Source: Deltaproteobacteria bacterium (GTDB lineage: Bacteria > Desulfobacterota > Binatia > DP-6). From it: a stretch of DNA of 64,000 bases. Below are positions 46,716-56,536 of the stretch, piece by piece; positions within the stretch are counted from its first letter, which is position 1; every line of letters begins with the position of its first letter. The translations under genes were made by a program, and so were the position numbers. The stretch lies in assembly GCA_005888095.1 (NCBI GenBank), contig VBKF01000140.1:4602-68601 (forward strand), given 5' to 3'. The notes below the pieces were generated by a model. The model made no database searches and was not told where the DNA came from. It saw only the letters and a list, made by a program, of their open reading frames with translations.

Positions 46716-48592
46716 CGCCGACGACGCTCCTCCGCTGGATCATCCTCCTGCCGGCCGCGGGCGTGCTCTTCCACGTCTTCCTCGGGCGGCGGGCGACGGC
46801 GGCCGTGAAGCTCGTCGGCCCGGGGCTCGTGGGCGCGGCGTTCGCGGTGGCCGTGGCGGCCGCGCTCCGGCTCCGCGCGCTGCCCGAGGGCGGGCTCCTC
46901 CGCGACCACCTCTACACCTGGATCGCCGCGGGGCCCTTCCGCGCCGAGGCCGCGCTCCGGTTCGACGCACTCTCGGCGGTCATGGCGCTCGTGGTGACGG
47001 GCGTCGGCTTTCTCATCCACGTCTACTCGGTCGGCTACATGCACGGCGATCGGGGCTTCGCGCGCTACTTCGCCTACCTGAACCTGTTCACGACCGCGAT
47101 GCTCATCCTCGTGCTCGCCGACAACCTGCCGCTCCTCTTCGTCGGCTGGGAGGGCGTGGGGCTCTGCTCCTATCTCCTGATCGGCTTCTGGTACGAGAAG
47201 ACGGAGAACGCCGCGGCGGGGAAGAAGGCCTTCCTCGTGAACCGCATCGGCGACGCGGGCTTCCTCCTCGGCCTCTTTCTCCTCGCGTGGACGCTCGGCC
47301 GCCACGGCTACTGGACCCTCGACTTCGCGGCGATCGAGCGTCACCTGGACGTTCTCGCGACGGCGACCGTCGGCGGCTGGCCGGTGCCGCTCGTGGTCGG
47401 CCTCCTCCTCTTCGTCGGTGCGACGGGGAAGTCGGCCCAGATCCCCCTCTACGTCTGGCTGCCCGACGCCATGGCGGGCCCGACGCCCGTCTCCGCGCTC
47501 ATCCACGCCGCCACCATGGTCACGGCGGGTGTCTACATGATCGCGCGCCTGCACGCCGTCTATGCGCTGGCGCCCGCCGCGCTCACGGTCGTGGCCGTGG
47601 TCGGCGCCGCGACCGCGCTCTTCGCCGCGGTCATCGCCACCGCGCAGACCGACATCAAGCGCGTGCTCGCCTACTCGACCGTCAGCCAGCTCGGCTACAT
47701 GTTCCTCGGCCTCGGCGTCGGCGCGACGGGCGCCGCCATCTTCCACCTGGTGACGCACGCCTTCTTCAAGGCGCTGCTCTTCCTGGGCGCCGGGAGTGTG
47801 ATCCACGGCCTCGGCGGCGAGCAGGACATGCGCCGCATGGGGGCTCTCCGGACGCGCCTGCCGGTCACGTTCTGGACGATGACCGCGGCCGCGCTGGCCA
47901 TCGCCGGCGTGCCGCCGCTCTCGGGCTTCTTCAGCAAGGACGAGATCTTATACAGCGCGTTCGCTGGCGCGAACGCGCGGCCCATCCTCGGCGTCGTCGG
48001 CCTCGTCGCGGCGGCGCTCACCGCCTACTACACGGGGCGGCTCGTCTGCCTGACCTTCCTCGGGGAATCGCGCGTGTCGCCCGAGGCCGCGCACCACCTC
48101 CACGAATCGCCGCCGGTGATGACCGTGCCCCTCGCCGTGCTGGCGGTCGGCGCCGTCGTCGGGGGCTTCCTCCCCGTGCCGGCGCTCCTCGGTCACACGG
48201 GCGAAGGAGGACCACCCCTGGCGCTCATGGCGCTCGCCACCGGGCTCGCTGCAGGCGGCCTCTGGCTCGCGTACCAGCTCCACGTCGTCCGCCCAGACGT
48301 CCCCGAAGCGATCGCGGCGCGCCTCGGCGGCTTCTATGGGCTCGTGCGCGACAAGTTCCGCGTCGACGAGCTCTACGACGCGCTCGTCGTCCGGCCGCTG
48401 TTCGCGGCCGCCGACCTCGGGGCGCGCGGCATCGACCCGAAGCTCATCGACGGCGTCGTGAACGGCACGGGCGTGCTCGTGGCCGCGACGAGCGGGCTCT
48501 GGCGCCGGGTCCAGACCGGCAACGTCCAGCACTACGCGCTCTCCTTCCTGATCGGCGCCCTCCTGCTGCTCGGGTACTACGTCGGGCGCTGA
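46712..48592 (+). CDS. nuoL: NADH-quinone oxidoreductase subunit L
   Basis: [48 protein letters not shown]. Confidence 0.97.
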   Translation: MTPTTLLRWIILLPAAGVLFHVFLGRRATAAVKLVGPGLVGAAFAVAVAAALRLRALPEGGLLRDHLYTWIAAGPFRAEAALRFDALSAVMALVVTGVGFLIHVYSVGYMHGDRGFARYFAYLNLFTTAMLILVLADNLPLLFVGWEGVGLCSYLLIGFWYEKTENAAAGKKAFLVNRIGDAGFLLGLFLLAWTLGRHGYWTLDFAAIERHLDVLATATVGGWPVPLVVGLLLFVGATGKSAQIPLYVWLPDAMAGPTPVSALIHAATMVTAGVYMIARLHAVYALAPAALTVVAVVGAATALFAAVIATAQTDIKRVLAYSTVSQLGYMFLGLGVGATGAAIFHLVTHAFFKALLFLGAGSVIHGLGGEQDMRRMGALRTRLPVTFWTMTAAALAIAGVPPLSGFFSKDEILYSAFAGANARPILGVVGLVAAALTAYYTGRLVCLTFLGESRVSPEAAHHLHESPPVMTVPLAVLAVGAVVGGFLPVPALLGHTGEGGPPLALMALATGLAAGGLWLAYQLHVVRPDVPEAIAARLGGFYGLVRDKFRVDELYDALVVRPLFAAADLGARGIDPKLIDGVVNGTGVLVAATSGLWRRVQTGNVQHYALSFLIGALLLLGYYVGR

Positions 48593-50112
48593 TGGCGACG
48601 GTGCCGCTGCTCACGCTGCTCGTCTTCGCGCCGCTCGTGGGCGCGGTGCTCCTGGCGCTCCTCCCGCGCGAGCCGCTCGCCGGCGTGCGGCGCGCGGCGC
48701 TCGTCTTCTCGCTCGTCCCGTTCGCGCTCTCGCTCTGGATGCTCGGCCGCTTCCGCCCCGGCGAGGCGGAGTTCCAGCTGGTCGAGCGCGCGGCGTGGAT
48801 CCCCGCCTGGGGCATCGAGTACCGCCTCGGGGTGGACGGCGTGAGCCTCTTCCTCGTCCTCCTGACGGCCTTTCTCACGCCGCTCGTCGTGCTCGCCTCG
48901 TGGGGCGACATCCACCGCCGCGTGAAGGAGTTCTTCGCGCTGCTCCTCGTGCTCGAGACCGGCATGCTCGGCACCTTCCTCGCCCTCGACCTCTTCCTCT
49001 TCTACGTCTTCTGGGAGGTCATGCTCGTCCCGATGGCGTTCCTGATCGGCGTCTGGGGCGGGCCCCAGCGCGTCTACGCGGCGATCAAGTTTGTCCTCTA
49101 CACGATGACCGGCAGCCTCCTCATGCTGGTCGGCATCCTCTACCTCGCCTGGCAGGTGAAGGTGCAGACGGGCGCCTTCGCCTTCGGCTACGAACGCTTT
49201 CTCGCCCTCCACCTGGGCGCGCGCGAGCAGCTCTACCTGTTCGCGGCCTTCGCCCTGGCCTTCGCCATCAAGGTGCCGCTCTTCCCGTTCCACACCTGGC
49301 TTCCCGACGCGCACGTCGAGGCGCCGACCGGCGGCTCGGTGATTCTCGCCGGGGTGCTGCTCAAGATGGGCACGTACGGCTTCCTCCGCTTCGCGATCCC
49401 GCTCTTCCCGGCGGCGGTCGCGACCGCGTCGCCCGCCGTCGTGGCGCTCGCCGTCGCGGGCATCGTCTACGGCGCGTTGGTGGCGACGGTGCAGCCCGAC
49501 CTGAAGAAGCTCGTCGCGTACTCCTCGGTGTCGCACTTGGGCTTCGTGATGCTCGGGCTCTTCGCGCTGACGCCGACGGCGGTGTCGGGCGGCGTCTACC
49601 AGATGCTGAACCACGGGCTCTCGACCGGCGCGCTCTTCCTGCTGGTCGGCATGATCTACGAGCGCCGGCACACGCGCATGATCGCCGACTTCGGGGGGCT
49701 GTGGACCGCGGTGCCGGTCTATGCCGCCTGCTTCCTCGTCGTCATGCTCGCCTCGGTCGGGCTCCCGGGCCTCAACGGCTTCGTCGGCGAGTTCCTGATC
49801 CTGCTCGGCGCCTTCGGCCCGTGGCCCTGGGCGACGGCGGTGGCCACCAGCGGCGTCGTGCTGGGGGCGCTCTACCTCCTCTGGATGTACGAGCGCGTCA
49901 TCTTCGGGCCGCTCGTCCGCCCGGAGAACGCCGCGCTCGAGGACCTCCGCGGACGCGAGCTCGCCGTGCTCGTGCCGATCATCGCCCTCTGCTTCGTGAT
50001 GGGCCTCTACCCGGCGCCCTTCCTCAGGCGCATGCAGCCGTCGGTCGACCGCATCCTGGCACGCGTCCAGAGCGTGGAGGCGCCACGGCTCGCGGCCGGG
50101 GGACGGCGATGA
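48592..50112 (+). CDS. nuoM: NADH-quinone oxidoreductase subunit M
   Basis: FYVFWE, PFHTWLPDAHVEAPTGGS, YSSVSH, NGFVGEF. Confidence 0.97.
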   Translation: MATVPLLTLLVFAPLVGAVLLALLPREPLAGVRRAALVFSLVPFALSLWMLGRFRPGEAEFQLVERAAWIPAWGIEYRLGVDGVSLFLVLLTAFLTPLVVLASWGDIHRRVKEFFALLLVLETGMLGTFLALDLFLFYVFWEVMLVPMAFLIGVWGGPQRVYAAIKFVLYTMTGSLLMLVGILYLAWQVKVQTGAFAFGYERFLALHLGAREQLYLFAAFALAFAIKVPLFPFHTWLPDAHVEAPTGGSVILAGVLLKMGTYGFLRFAIPLFPAAVATASPAVVALAVAGIVYGALVATVQPDLKKLVAYSSVSHLGFVMLGLFALTPTAVSGGVYQMLNHGLSTGALFLLVGMIYERRHTRMIADFGGLWTAVPVYAACFLVVMLASVGLPGLNGFVGEFLILLGAFGPWPWATAVATSGVVLGALYLLWMYERVIFGPLVRPENAALEDLRGRELAVLVPIIALCFVMGLYPAPFLRRMQPSVDRILARVQSVEAPRLAAGGRR

Positions 50113-51572
50113 CGCCGATCGACGTCGGCCCCTTCGCCGCCCACTGGGAGGTGGCGCTGCCCGGGCTCCTGGTCGCCGCGACGGCGATGCTGGTCATGGT
50201 CGCCGACCTGGTCAGCACCGACCCGGATCGCGAGTCGCTCGCCGGCGTCGCCCTCGTCGGGCTGGCGACGGCGGCGGGGGCGGCGCTCTGGCTGTGGGCG
50301 GGCGGGAACGGCGCCGGCGGCTTCGGGGAGACGCTCCGCGCCGACCGCTACGCGCTCTTCTTCGCGCTCCTCCTGATCGCCGCCACGGCCCTCACCATCC
50401 TCCTCTCCGTCGACTTCCTCCGCCTGCACGCGCTGCCGGCGGGCGAGTACTACGCGCTCATGCTGCTCTCGACGAGCGGCATGGTGTTCATGGCCGCGGC
50501 CAACGACCTGATCGTGATCTTCCTCGCGCTCGAGATCATGTCGGTGGCGGTCTACGTGCTGGTCGGCATGCTCCGGCGCGAGGTCCGCTCGAACGAGGCG
50601 TCGCTCAAGTACTTCCTGCTCGGCGCCTTCGCGACCGGGTTCCTGCTCTACGGGATCGCCTTCTTCTACGGCGCCACGGGGAGCACCCGGCTCGACGTCG
50701 TGGCGCAGGCGGTCGCACGCGACGGGCTCACGCCCTTCCTGCTCCTCGGTCTCGCCCTCGTTCTGGTCGGCTTCGGGTTCAAGGTGGCGCTCATCCCGTT
50801 CCACGTCTGGACGCCCGACGTCTACGAGGGCGCCCCGACGGCGGTGACGGCCTTCATGGCGGTCGGCGTCAAGGCGGCGGCCTTCGCCGCCTTCGCGCGC
50901 GTGTTCGCGGGTGCGCTCGTGTCGGTGGCGGCGAGCTGGACGGGCGTCCTCTGGGTGCTCGCGGCGCTCACCATGACGGTCGGCAACGTGGGCGCCGTGA
51001 CGCAGCGGAACGTCAAGCGGATGCTCGCCTACTCGAGCATCGCGCACGCCGGCTACGCGCTCGTGGGACTCGTGACCGCGACCAAGGCGGGCGAGGCCGC
51101 GCTCCTCTACTACCTCGTCGTCTATGCCGTGATGAACCTCGGTGCCTTCGGTGTGCTGATCGCGCTCGGCCGCCGCGGCGAGCCGAACGAGATGCTCCAG
51201 GACTTCGCCGGCGTCGGCTTCCGCCAGCCCGTGCTCGGGCTCACGATGGCCGTCTTCATGCTGTCGCTCGCCGGCATCCCGCCCACGGCGGGCTTCGCGG
51301 GCAAGTTCTACCTCTTCAGCGCCGCGGTGGACGCCGGCTACGTGGGACTCGCCGTGATCGGCGTGCTGAACAGCGTGATCTCGGTCTACTACTACCTCGG
51401 TGTCCTCGTGCAGATGTACATGACCGAGGGCACGCGCCCGATCGACGCCCCGGCGACGCGGCCGTACCTGCTGGCGACGATCCTGTTCGCAGGCGTCGCG
51501 ACGCTGCTGCTCGGCGTCTTCCCGTCGGGCACCATGGAGCTGGCGCGAGTCTCCGTGGCGTCGCTGCGGTAA
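50109..51572 (+). CDS. nuoN: NADH-quinone oxidoreductase subunit N
   Basis: EASLKYFLLGAF, PFHVWTPDVYEGAPT, KRMLAYSSIAH, GIPPTAGFAGK. Confidence 0.97.
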   Translation: MTPIDVGPFAAHWEVALPGLLVAATAMLVMVADLVSTDPDRESLAGVALVGLATAAGAALWLWAGGNGAGGFGETLRADRYALFFALLLIAATALTILLSVDFLRLHALPAGEYYALMLLSTSGMVFMAAANDLIVIFLALEIMSVAVYVLVGMLRREVRSNEASLKYFLLGAFATGFLLYGIAFFYGATGSTRLDVVAQAVARDGLTPFLLLGLALVLVGFGFKVALIPFHVWTPDVYEGAPTAVTAFMAVGVKAAAFAAFARVFAGALVSVAASWTGVLWVLAALTMTVGNVGAVTQRNVKRMLAYSSIAHAGYALVGLVTATKAGEAALLYYLVVYAVMNLGAFGVLIALGRRGEPNEMLQDFAGVGFRQPVLGLTMAVFMLSLAGIPPTAGFAGKFYLFSAAVDAGYVGLAVIGVLNSVISVYYYLGVLVQMYMTEGTRPIDAPATRPYLLATILFAGVATLLLGVFPSGTMELARVSVASLR

Positions 51573-51739
51573 GCGCGCGCGTCGGTGTGCGGAAGCAGGG
51601 GTGCCGGCTCCGTTCGACCACGTGGGGCAGGTCCGACGGGTGGCGAGTTCGGGACGACCTCGACGGCGACCCGCTGGCGCTGCGGCGGGATCGGGCGTTC
51701 GCAGCCGAGCACTACCACTTGATCTGCCCCATTCAAGTC

Positions 51740-52582
51740 ATGCGACGCTCGATCCAGCTTCCGTTGCGCCCTCGGACCTGGGGCGGGGCCCGCGCGGGCG
51801 CCGGCCGCCCCGCCGGGGCGCGCCGCCGGGTCCCGCACCGTCGCCGCCCGCCGCACGAGGCGCGGTACCCGGTGCACGGCACCCTCCGCGTCCGGGCGGC
51901 GCTACCCTCCCTCCGCGGCGCTGGCGTCTTTCGCGCCGTCAGCGACGCGCTGGCCGCCTCCTCGCGCCGCGGCTTCCGCGTGCTCGAGTTCTCGGTCCAG
52001 TCCAACCACATCCACCTGCTCGTCGAGGCCGACGATCGCACCCGGCTCTCGCGCGGACTCCAGGGGCTGAAGATCCGCATCGCGCGGGCGGTGAACGGGA
52101 CGCTGCATCGCCGGGGGACCTTCTGGGCCGAGCGCTACCATGCCCGGGCGCTGGCGACGCCGCGGGAGGTCCGGACCGCGCTGGTCTATGTGCTGCGAAA
52201 CGGGCACAGGCACGGCACGTGCCGCCGCGGATTCGATCCGTGCTCGTCGGCGGCATGGTTCACGGGGTGGAAATGCTCGCGGCCTCGGCCCATCTGTCTG
52301 GCACCGGTCGTGCGGCCGCAGACGTGGCTCGCGTCGGTCGGGTGGCGCCGACATGGGCTCATCGGAATCGCGGAAGAACCGGTCCCCGCCGGGCGGGTAG
52401 CTCGGCGCGGAGCGCTGCCATGGTACGCCGGTCGACCCGCGGGCTGCTTCCCGCTTCCCCGCCGCAGGACGTGCGTCACACCCGCGACGCAGGGTCGAGG
52501 CATGCGAGGAGCGCGAGCAGCACGCGGTTCACCGGGACGGGCACGCCCGCACGCGCAGCGGCGCGCACGACGGCGCCGTTGA
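51740..52582 (+). mobile_element. IS200/RAYT-like HUH (Y1) transposase
   Basis: PVH.TLR, FSVQSNHIHLLVEA (HUH), FWAERYH, VYVLRN (catalytic Tyr); the ORF runs 107 bp into the convergent panE, so the 3' end is uncertain. Confidence 0.8.
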
Positions 52583-53396
52583 GGGCATCGTGCTCGAGGC
52601 GCCGGCCGCGCCGGTAGTCCTGCAGCATCGAGGTCTCGAAGTCGGGCAACCCCGCGACGCTGTCGGCGAGGACCGCTCCCGTGCGGGTGCGCCGGACCGG
52701 GATGCCGAGGGCGGTCGCCACCGCGTCGACCTCCTCCATGGCGGTGACGACGAGGTCGCCGCTCGCCGGGTCGGCGAGCACGTCGGCCACGCTCGACTGG
52801 GTGAGCGTGGTGACGGCGTTGAACCCGGAGTTCCAGGCGAGCTTCTCCCAGGCGGGGACGAGGATCTCGGAGTGAAGCTGGTTCGGGACCCCGGCGGCGC
52901 CGAGCGCCTCGGCGACGCGCCGTGCGCGCGACGTCTCGCGTCCGTCGGGCTCGCCGAAGACGATGGTGCCACGCCCGCTGTACTCGATCGTCGCTGGGGC
53001 GACGAGCGCCACGCCGATGCGAGTGAAGGCGATCATGAGAGGCGGGAGGCCGAGCGCGCGGGCGAGGACCTCCTCGTTCTCGATGCCGTTCTGGAGCGAG
53101 AGGACGATCGTCTCCGGACCGACGACCGGACGCAGCGCGGCCGCCGCAGCGGCGGTGTCGTACGACTTGACGCAGACGAGCACGAGGTCGGACCGCGGGG
53201 CGTGCGCGGGGTCGCCGACGGCGTGCACGGGTGCCAGGTGGAGGGTGCGCTCGGCGAGCCGCACGGTGAGGCCGTCGCGCCGGAGCGCTTCGAGGTTCTC
53301 GCCGCGCGCCACGAAGGTCACGTCGTGGCCGCCCTTGGCGAGGCGCGCGCCGAAATAGCCACCGACGGCGCCGGCTCCCAGGACGAGGATCCGCAT
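52476..53396 (-). CDS. panE: 2-dehydropantoate 2-reductase (ApbA/PanE family)
   Basis: GAGAVGG, VKSYD, LQNG, WEKL.WN, SMLQD...RLE. Confidence 0.9.
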   Translation of the reverse strand: MRILVLGAGAVGGYFGARLAKGGHDVTFVARGENLEALRRDGLTVRLAERTLHLAPVHAVGDPAHAPRSDLVLVCVKSYDTAAAAAALRPVVGPETIVLSLQNGIENEEVLARALGLPPLMIAFTRIGVALVAPATIEYSGRGTIVFGEPDGRETSRARRVAEALGAAGVPNQLHSEILVPAWEKLAWNSGFNAVTTLTQSSVADVLADPASGDLVVTAMEEVDAVATALGIPVRRTRTGAVLADSVAGLPDFETSMLQDYRRGRRLEHDALNGAVVRAAARAGVPVPVNRVLLALLACLDPASRV

Positions 53397-53608
53397 CAGT
53401 CCCCGACCGTCTCCCAGTGGACGTCCCAGAACTCCGGCACGGGCGGCCGGAGCTCCGTGTGGCCACCGAAGCACTCGAAGCTCGGGCGGTGCCGGAGGCG
53501 CTCCTCGAGCAAGTGAAGGTACTCCGCGGTCGTCTGGTCCGGCGGCGGCGTGCCGATATCGACCCGGCTCCGCCGGCGGCAGCGCTTGCACGACACGTCC
53601 ACCCGCAT
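53396..53608 (-). CDS. Small putative Zn-binding protein
   Basis: 70 aa with CKRC...CFGGH; TGATG-coupled to panE; TACCGT -10 box 8 nt upstream. Confidence 0.7.
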   Translation of the reverse strand: MRVDVSCKRCRRRSRVDIGTPPPDQTTAEYLHLLEERLRHRPSFECFGGHTELRPPVPEFWDVHWETVGD

Positions 53609-53654
53609 CGGCAGCGACGGTAGGCCGGGGCGCGCAGCCAGGCAACCCGCCGAT

Positions 53655-54065
53655 TCACGGCGCGATGCGCTCGAACCCTTCGCTCTTCACCAACCCTTCG
53701 ACCCGCCGGCGAATCTCGTCGCGGATCTCGCGTACGCGCTCGGGCGGCTGTCCCTTCGGGTCCGGCAGGTTCCAGTCCTCCCGGCGCAAGCCCGGCACGA
53801 ACGGGCACGCGTCGCCACACCCCATGGTGACGAGGAGCTCGGCGCCGGCGGCCAGCTCGGCCGTGAGGAGCCGAGGGGTGACGTGGCCGATCTCGATGCC
53901 CGCCTCGCGCATTGTGGCCACGACCTCGGGGTGAACGCGCGAGGCCGGGGCGGTGCCGGCCGAGAGGGCCCGCGCCCTCCTGGGATCGGCGAGCGCGTTG
54001 AAGAAGGCCGCGGCCATCTGCGAGCGCCCGGCGTTTTCGACGCACGCGAAGATCACGGTCGTCAT
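53655..54065 (-). CDS. arsC: Thioredoxin-type arsenate reductase (LMW-PTP fold)
   Basis: CVENAGRSQMA, SAGT, TMGCGDACP, DPKG. Confidence 0.92.
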   Translation of the reverse strand: MTTVIFACVENAGRSQMAAAFFNALADPRRARALSAGTAPASRVHPEVVATMREAGIEIGHVTPRLLTAELAAGAELLVTMGCGDACPFVPGLRREDWNLPDPKGQPPERVREIRDEIRRRVEGLVKSEGFERIAP

Positions 54066-54130
54066 GGTCGGCGTACCGGGCCGCTCGATCCTGCTAGGGT
54101 TGCCGCGGTACCAGGAGAACCTATCACACA

Positions 54131-54397
54131 TTCACCACCACCACGCTCGGCGTTCCGAATTGTGGTGGCAACGGACCATCGTGCTTTGGACTTTGCCCGA
54201 ATGCGCACCAGTGCGTCACGAACCCGAGCACGAACCTCTGCGAGTGCAGCGGTGCCCCGCTGCCCTGCGGTGTCGTGACGGCGGACGGCATGTGCGGGGG
54301 AACGTGTCCTGCCGGGCAGGCATGCCAACTCTACACCCCAACCCTGCCGAACGGCTGCCCGGACTATCCGCGCTGCGCCTGCATCCTCGCGCAGTAG
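54131..54397 (+). pseudogene. Startless 3' fragment of a Cys-rich secreted protein
   Basis: Frame reads TTTTLGVPNCGGNGPSCFGLCP...CACILAQ* with 13 Cys; in-frame stop at 54095 and no start codon before the Cys-rich region. Confidence 0.65.
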
Positions 54398-54455
54398 AAA
54401 CGCGCACCGAGATGGAGCCGGCGGATGTGCGTAGGTCCGATCCAGAATCAGCTAG

Positions 54456-55085
54456 TCAGCGGCCCCCTCCCCCGACGCAGTGATCCGTGTACAGCTTGCG
54501 CTCCTCCGGGGTCATCGGCGGCGGGGCGACGAAGAACAGCGCGAAGGCTTCGCACTTCACGCCTTTGCAGCTCGTTTGGGAATAGAACCAATTCGGTGAG
54601 CTCCCCGTCTCCTTGATGGTCCACCACTTGTCGCTCGCCGCCGGGGACGGGCGAATCGGGCACCGCGCGGGCTGCAATGCCAATCCGCGATGGGTCAACG
54701 CGGCGAGCACCGTGTCCTCGCCGATCGCCTCACCCTGGTTGCGGAAGTAGACGTTGGTCACCGTCGAGCGTGTCCCGGCGGCCTTGACGGCGACGCGCCG
54801 TCCGGCGATCGTCGCCACACCGTCGCGGGAAAACATCGCGCCGCCGGGCAGTGGCGTGGACAGCATCGTCGGTGGCAGGGGTTGCCAGCGAATCTGCTCG
54901 ACGGCGTCGAGATCCTTCCACATCGAGCCCACGTCCCCTGGCGGGATCAACGCGGCGACGATCTGCGCGAAGGTGTCCTGTGGAGTCTCCGCGTGGACCA
55001 TCGCGCAGGTCCAGACGAGCATGGCTCGGACGAGGAAGGATCGTCGCACCAGGCGCGCTCGAGGTGCTGTGTCGCGTGCTGGCAC
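54456..55085 (-). CDS. Hypothetical secreted protein
   Basis: Signal-like N-terminus (AMVHA-E), atypical codon usage; start uncertain. Confidence 0.55.
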   Translation of the reverse strand: MPARDTAPRARLVRRSFLVRAMLVWTCAMVHAETPQDTFAQIVAALIPPGDVGSMWKDLDAVEQIRWQPLPPTMLSTPLPGGAMFSRDGVATIAGRRVAVKAAGTRSTVTNVYFRNQGEAIGEDTVLAALTHRGLALQPARCPIRPSPAASDKWWTIKETGSSPNWFYSQTSCKGVKCEAFALFFVAPPPMTPEERKLYTDHCVGGGGR

Positions 55086-55159
55086 GTCCGGAGTACCCTA
55101 TGGGGTAATCAGGTTCGAGAACGAGGTCTTCGCGTGCGCCGTCTCGGGCTCGTCAATTC

Positions 55160-55222
55160 CCCGACGCTCGGTCACCAATATCTCCTCCCCGCTCTTCACG
55201 AGACGCAGATACCGACTCAGTT
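55160..55222 (-). pseudogene. Phd/prevent-host-death antitoxin remnant
   Basis: Reads LSRYLRLVKSGEEILVTER, typical of Phd N-termini; no start and no C-terminus. Confidence 0.55.
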
Positions 55223-55786
55223 CGGCGACGGCTGCCGCGTCCCCTGCGTCCCGAAGTCCACCTTCGGCACCTTCTTCGCCTCCTCCGGCGCCTCGAAGTA
55301 CTGCTGGGGCTGGAAGCCGAACGCCCGCGCGTAGACCACGGCCGGCACGCTCTTGATGTACGCGTTGTACTCGCGGACCGCGTCGTTGTACCGCATACGC
55401 TCGACGGCGATGCGGTTCTCGGTGCCGGCGAGCTCGTCCGAGAGGCGCGCGAACTGCTGGTTGGCCTTGAGATCGGGATAGCGCTCGGCGATGGCGAGGA
55501 GTCGCCCGAGGGCGCCCGAGAGCTGGTTGGCGGCCTCGATCCGTTGCTCGCGCGTGCCGCCGGCGATCAGCCGCGCCCGCGCGTCGGCGACCCGGTCGAA
55601 GACCTCGCGCTCGTGCGTGGCGTAGCCCTTGGTCACCTCGACGAGGTTGGGGATCAGGTCGTTGCGCCGCTGGAGCTGGTTCTCCACCTGCGCCCACGAC
55701 GAGTCGACGCGCTCCTTGAGGGTCACGATGGTGTTGTAGCCGCAGCCGCCGAGCAGCGTCGCCAAGAGGACCAGAAGCCTCGCCAT
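55217..55786 (-). CDS. lemA: LemA family protein
   Basis: GYN, QLQRRNDLIPNLV, ERYPDLKAN..F..L.DELAGTENRIAVER; GAGGAG RBS. Confidence 0.95.
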   Translation of the reverse strand: MARLLVLLATLLGGCGYNTIVTLKERVDSSWAQVENQLQRRNDLIPNLVEVTKGYATHEREVFDRVADARARLIAGGTREQRIEAANQLSGALGRLLAIAERYPDLKANQQFARLSDELAGTENRIAVERMRYNDAVREYNAYIKSVPAVVYARAFGFQPQQYFEAPEEAKKVPKVDFGTQGTRQPSPN

Positions 55787-55795
55787 GTCTCCTCC

Positions 55796-56536
55796 TCACC
55801 AGCTCCGTCCGGCGCCGCCGCCGCCGAAGCTGCCGCCGCCGAAGCCCCCGAAGCCGCCCCCGCCGCCGCCGAAGCCGCCCCCGAAGCCGCCGAAGGGGCC
55901 GACGGGGTAGAAGCCGCCGCGCCGGAAGCGGGCCGGGCCGGTGGACGCCTGATATAGCACGAGCGCTGCGAAGGCGAGGATGATGAGGAGCAGGACCCAG
56001 CCCGGGAGCGGGGCCGGGGCCGGAGCACGCGGCCGCGGGGTCCCGGTGAGGACGACGCCGCGCGCGTCGGCGATGCGCGTGGCCAGCGCGGCGACGCCCC
56101 GCCACACGCCCTCGTCGATGCGGCCGGCGCGGAAGGCGGGCATGACCTCTCGATCCTCGATCTCGCCGACGAGGCCGTCGGGCAGGATGCCCTCGAGGCC
56201 GTAGCCGACCAGGATGCGGAGCTTGCGGTCGCGGGTGGCGACGAGGAAGACGACGCCGGTGTCCTCTCGCTTTCGCCCGGGCTTCCAGGCGTCGGCGATG
56301 CGCATGGCGTAGGTGAAGTCGTCGAGGGGCGCCGTCGTGTCGACGGCGACGACGGCGATCTCGGCGCCCGTCTTGTCGCGCAGCTCCTCGTTCAGGCGCT
56401 CGATCCGTGCCCGGACGTCGGGGCGGATGACGTGCGGGAGGTCGGTCACGTAGCCCCGCGGCACGGGCACCGGCGGCTCGGCCGCGCGCGCCGCCGTGAC
56501 GAGCGCCAGGGCGAGGAGCGCGACGAGGCTATGCAT
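55796..56536 (-). CDS. TPM domain protein (YgcG-like)
   Basis: VGYGLEGILPD, TM helix, Gly-rich tail ending GGGSFGGGGAGRSW. Confidence 0.92.
   Translation of the reverse strand: MHSLVALLALALVTAARAAEPPVPVPRGYVTDLPHVIRPDVRARIERLNEELRDKTGAEIAVVAVDTTAPLDDFTYAMRIADAWKPGRKREDTGVVFLVATRDRKLRILVGYGLEGILPDGLVGEIEDREVMPAFRAGRIDEGVWRGVAALATRIADARGVVLTGTPRPRAPAPAPLPGWVLLLIILAFAALVLYQASTGPARFRRGGFYPVGPFGGFGGGFGGGGGGFGGFGGGSFGGGGAGRSW

Noticed and set aside
55800..55900. GCCGCCGAA-type short repeats
   Set aside because: They encode the ordinary Gly/Phe-rich tail of the TPM protein
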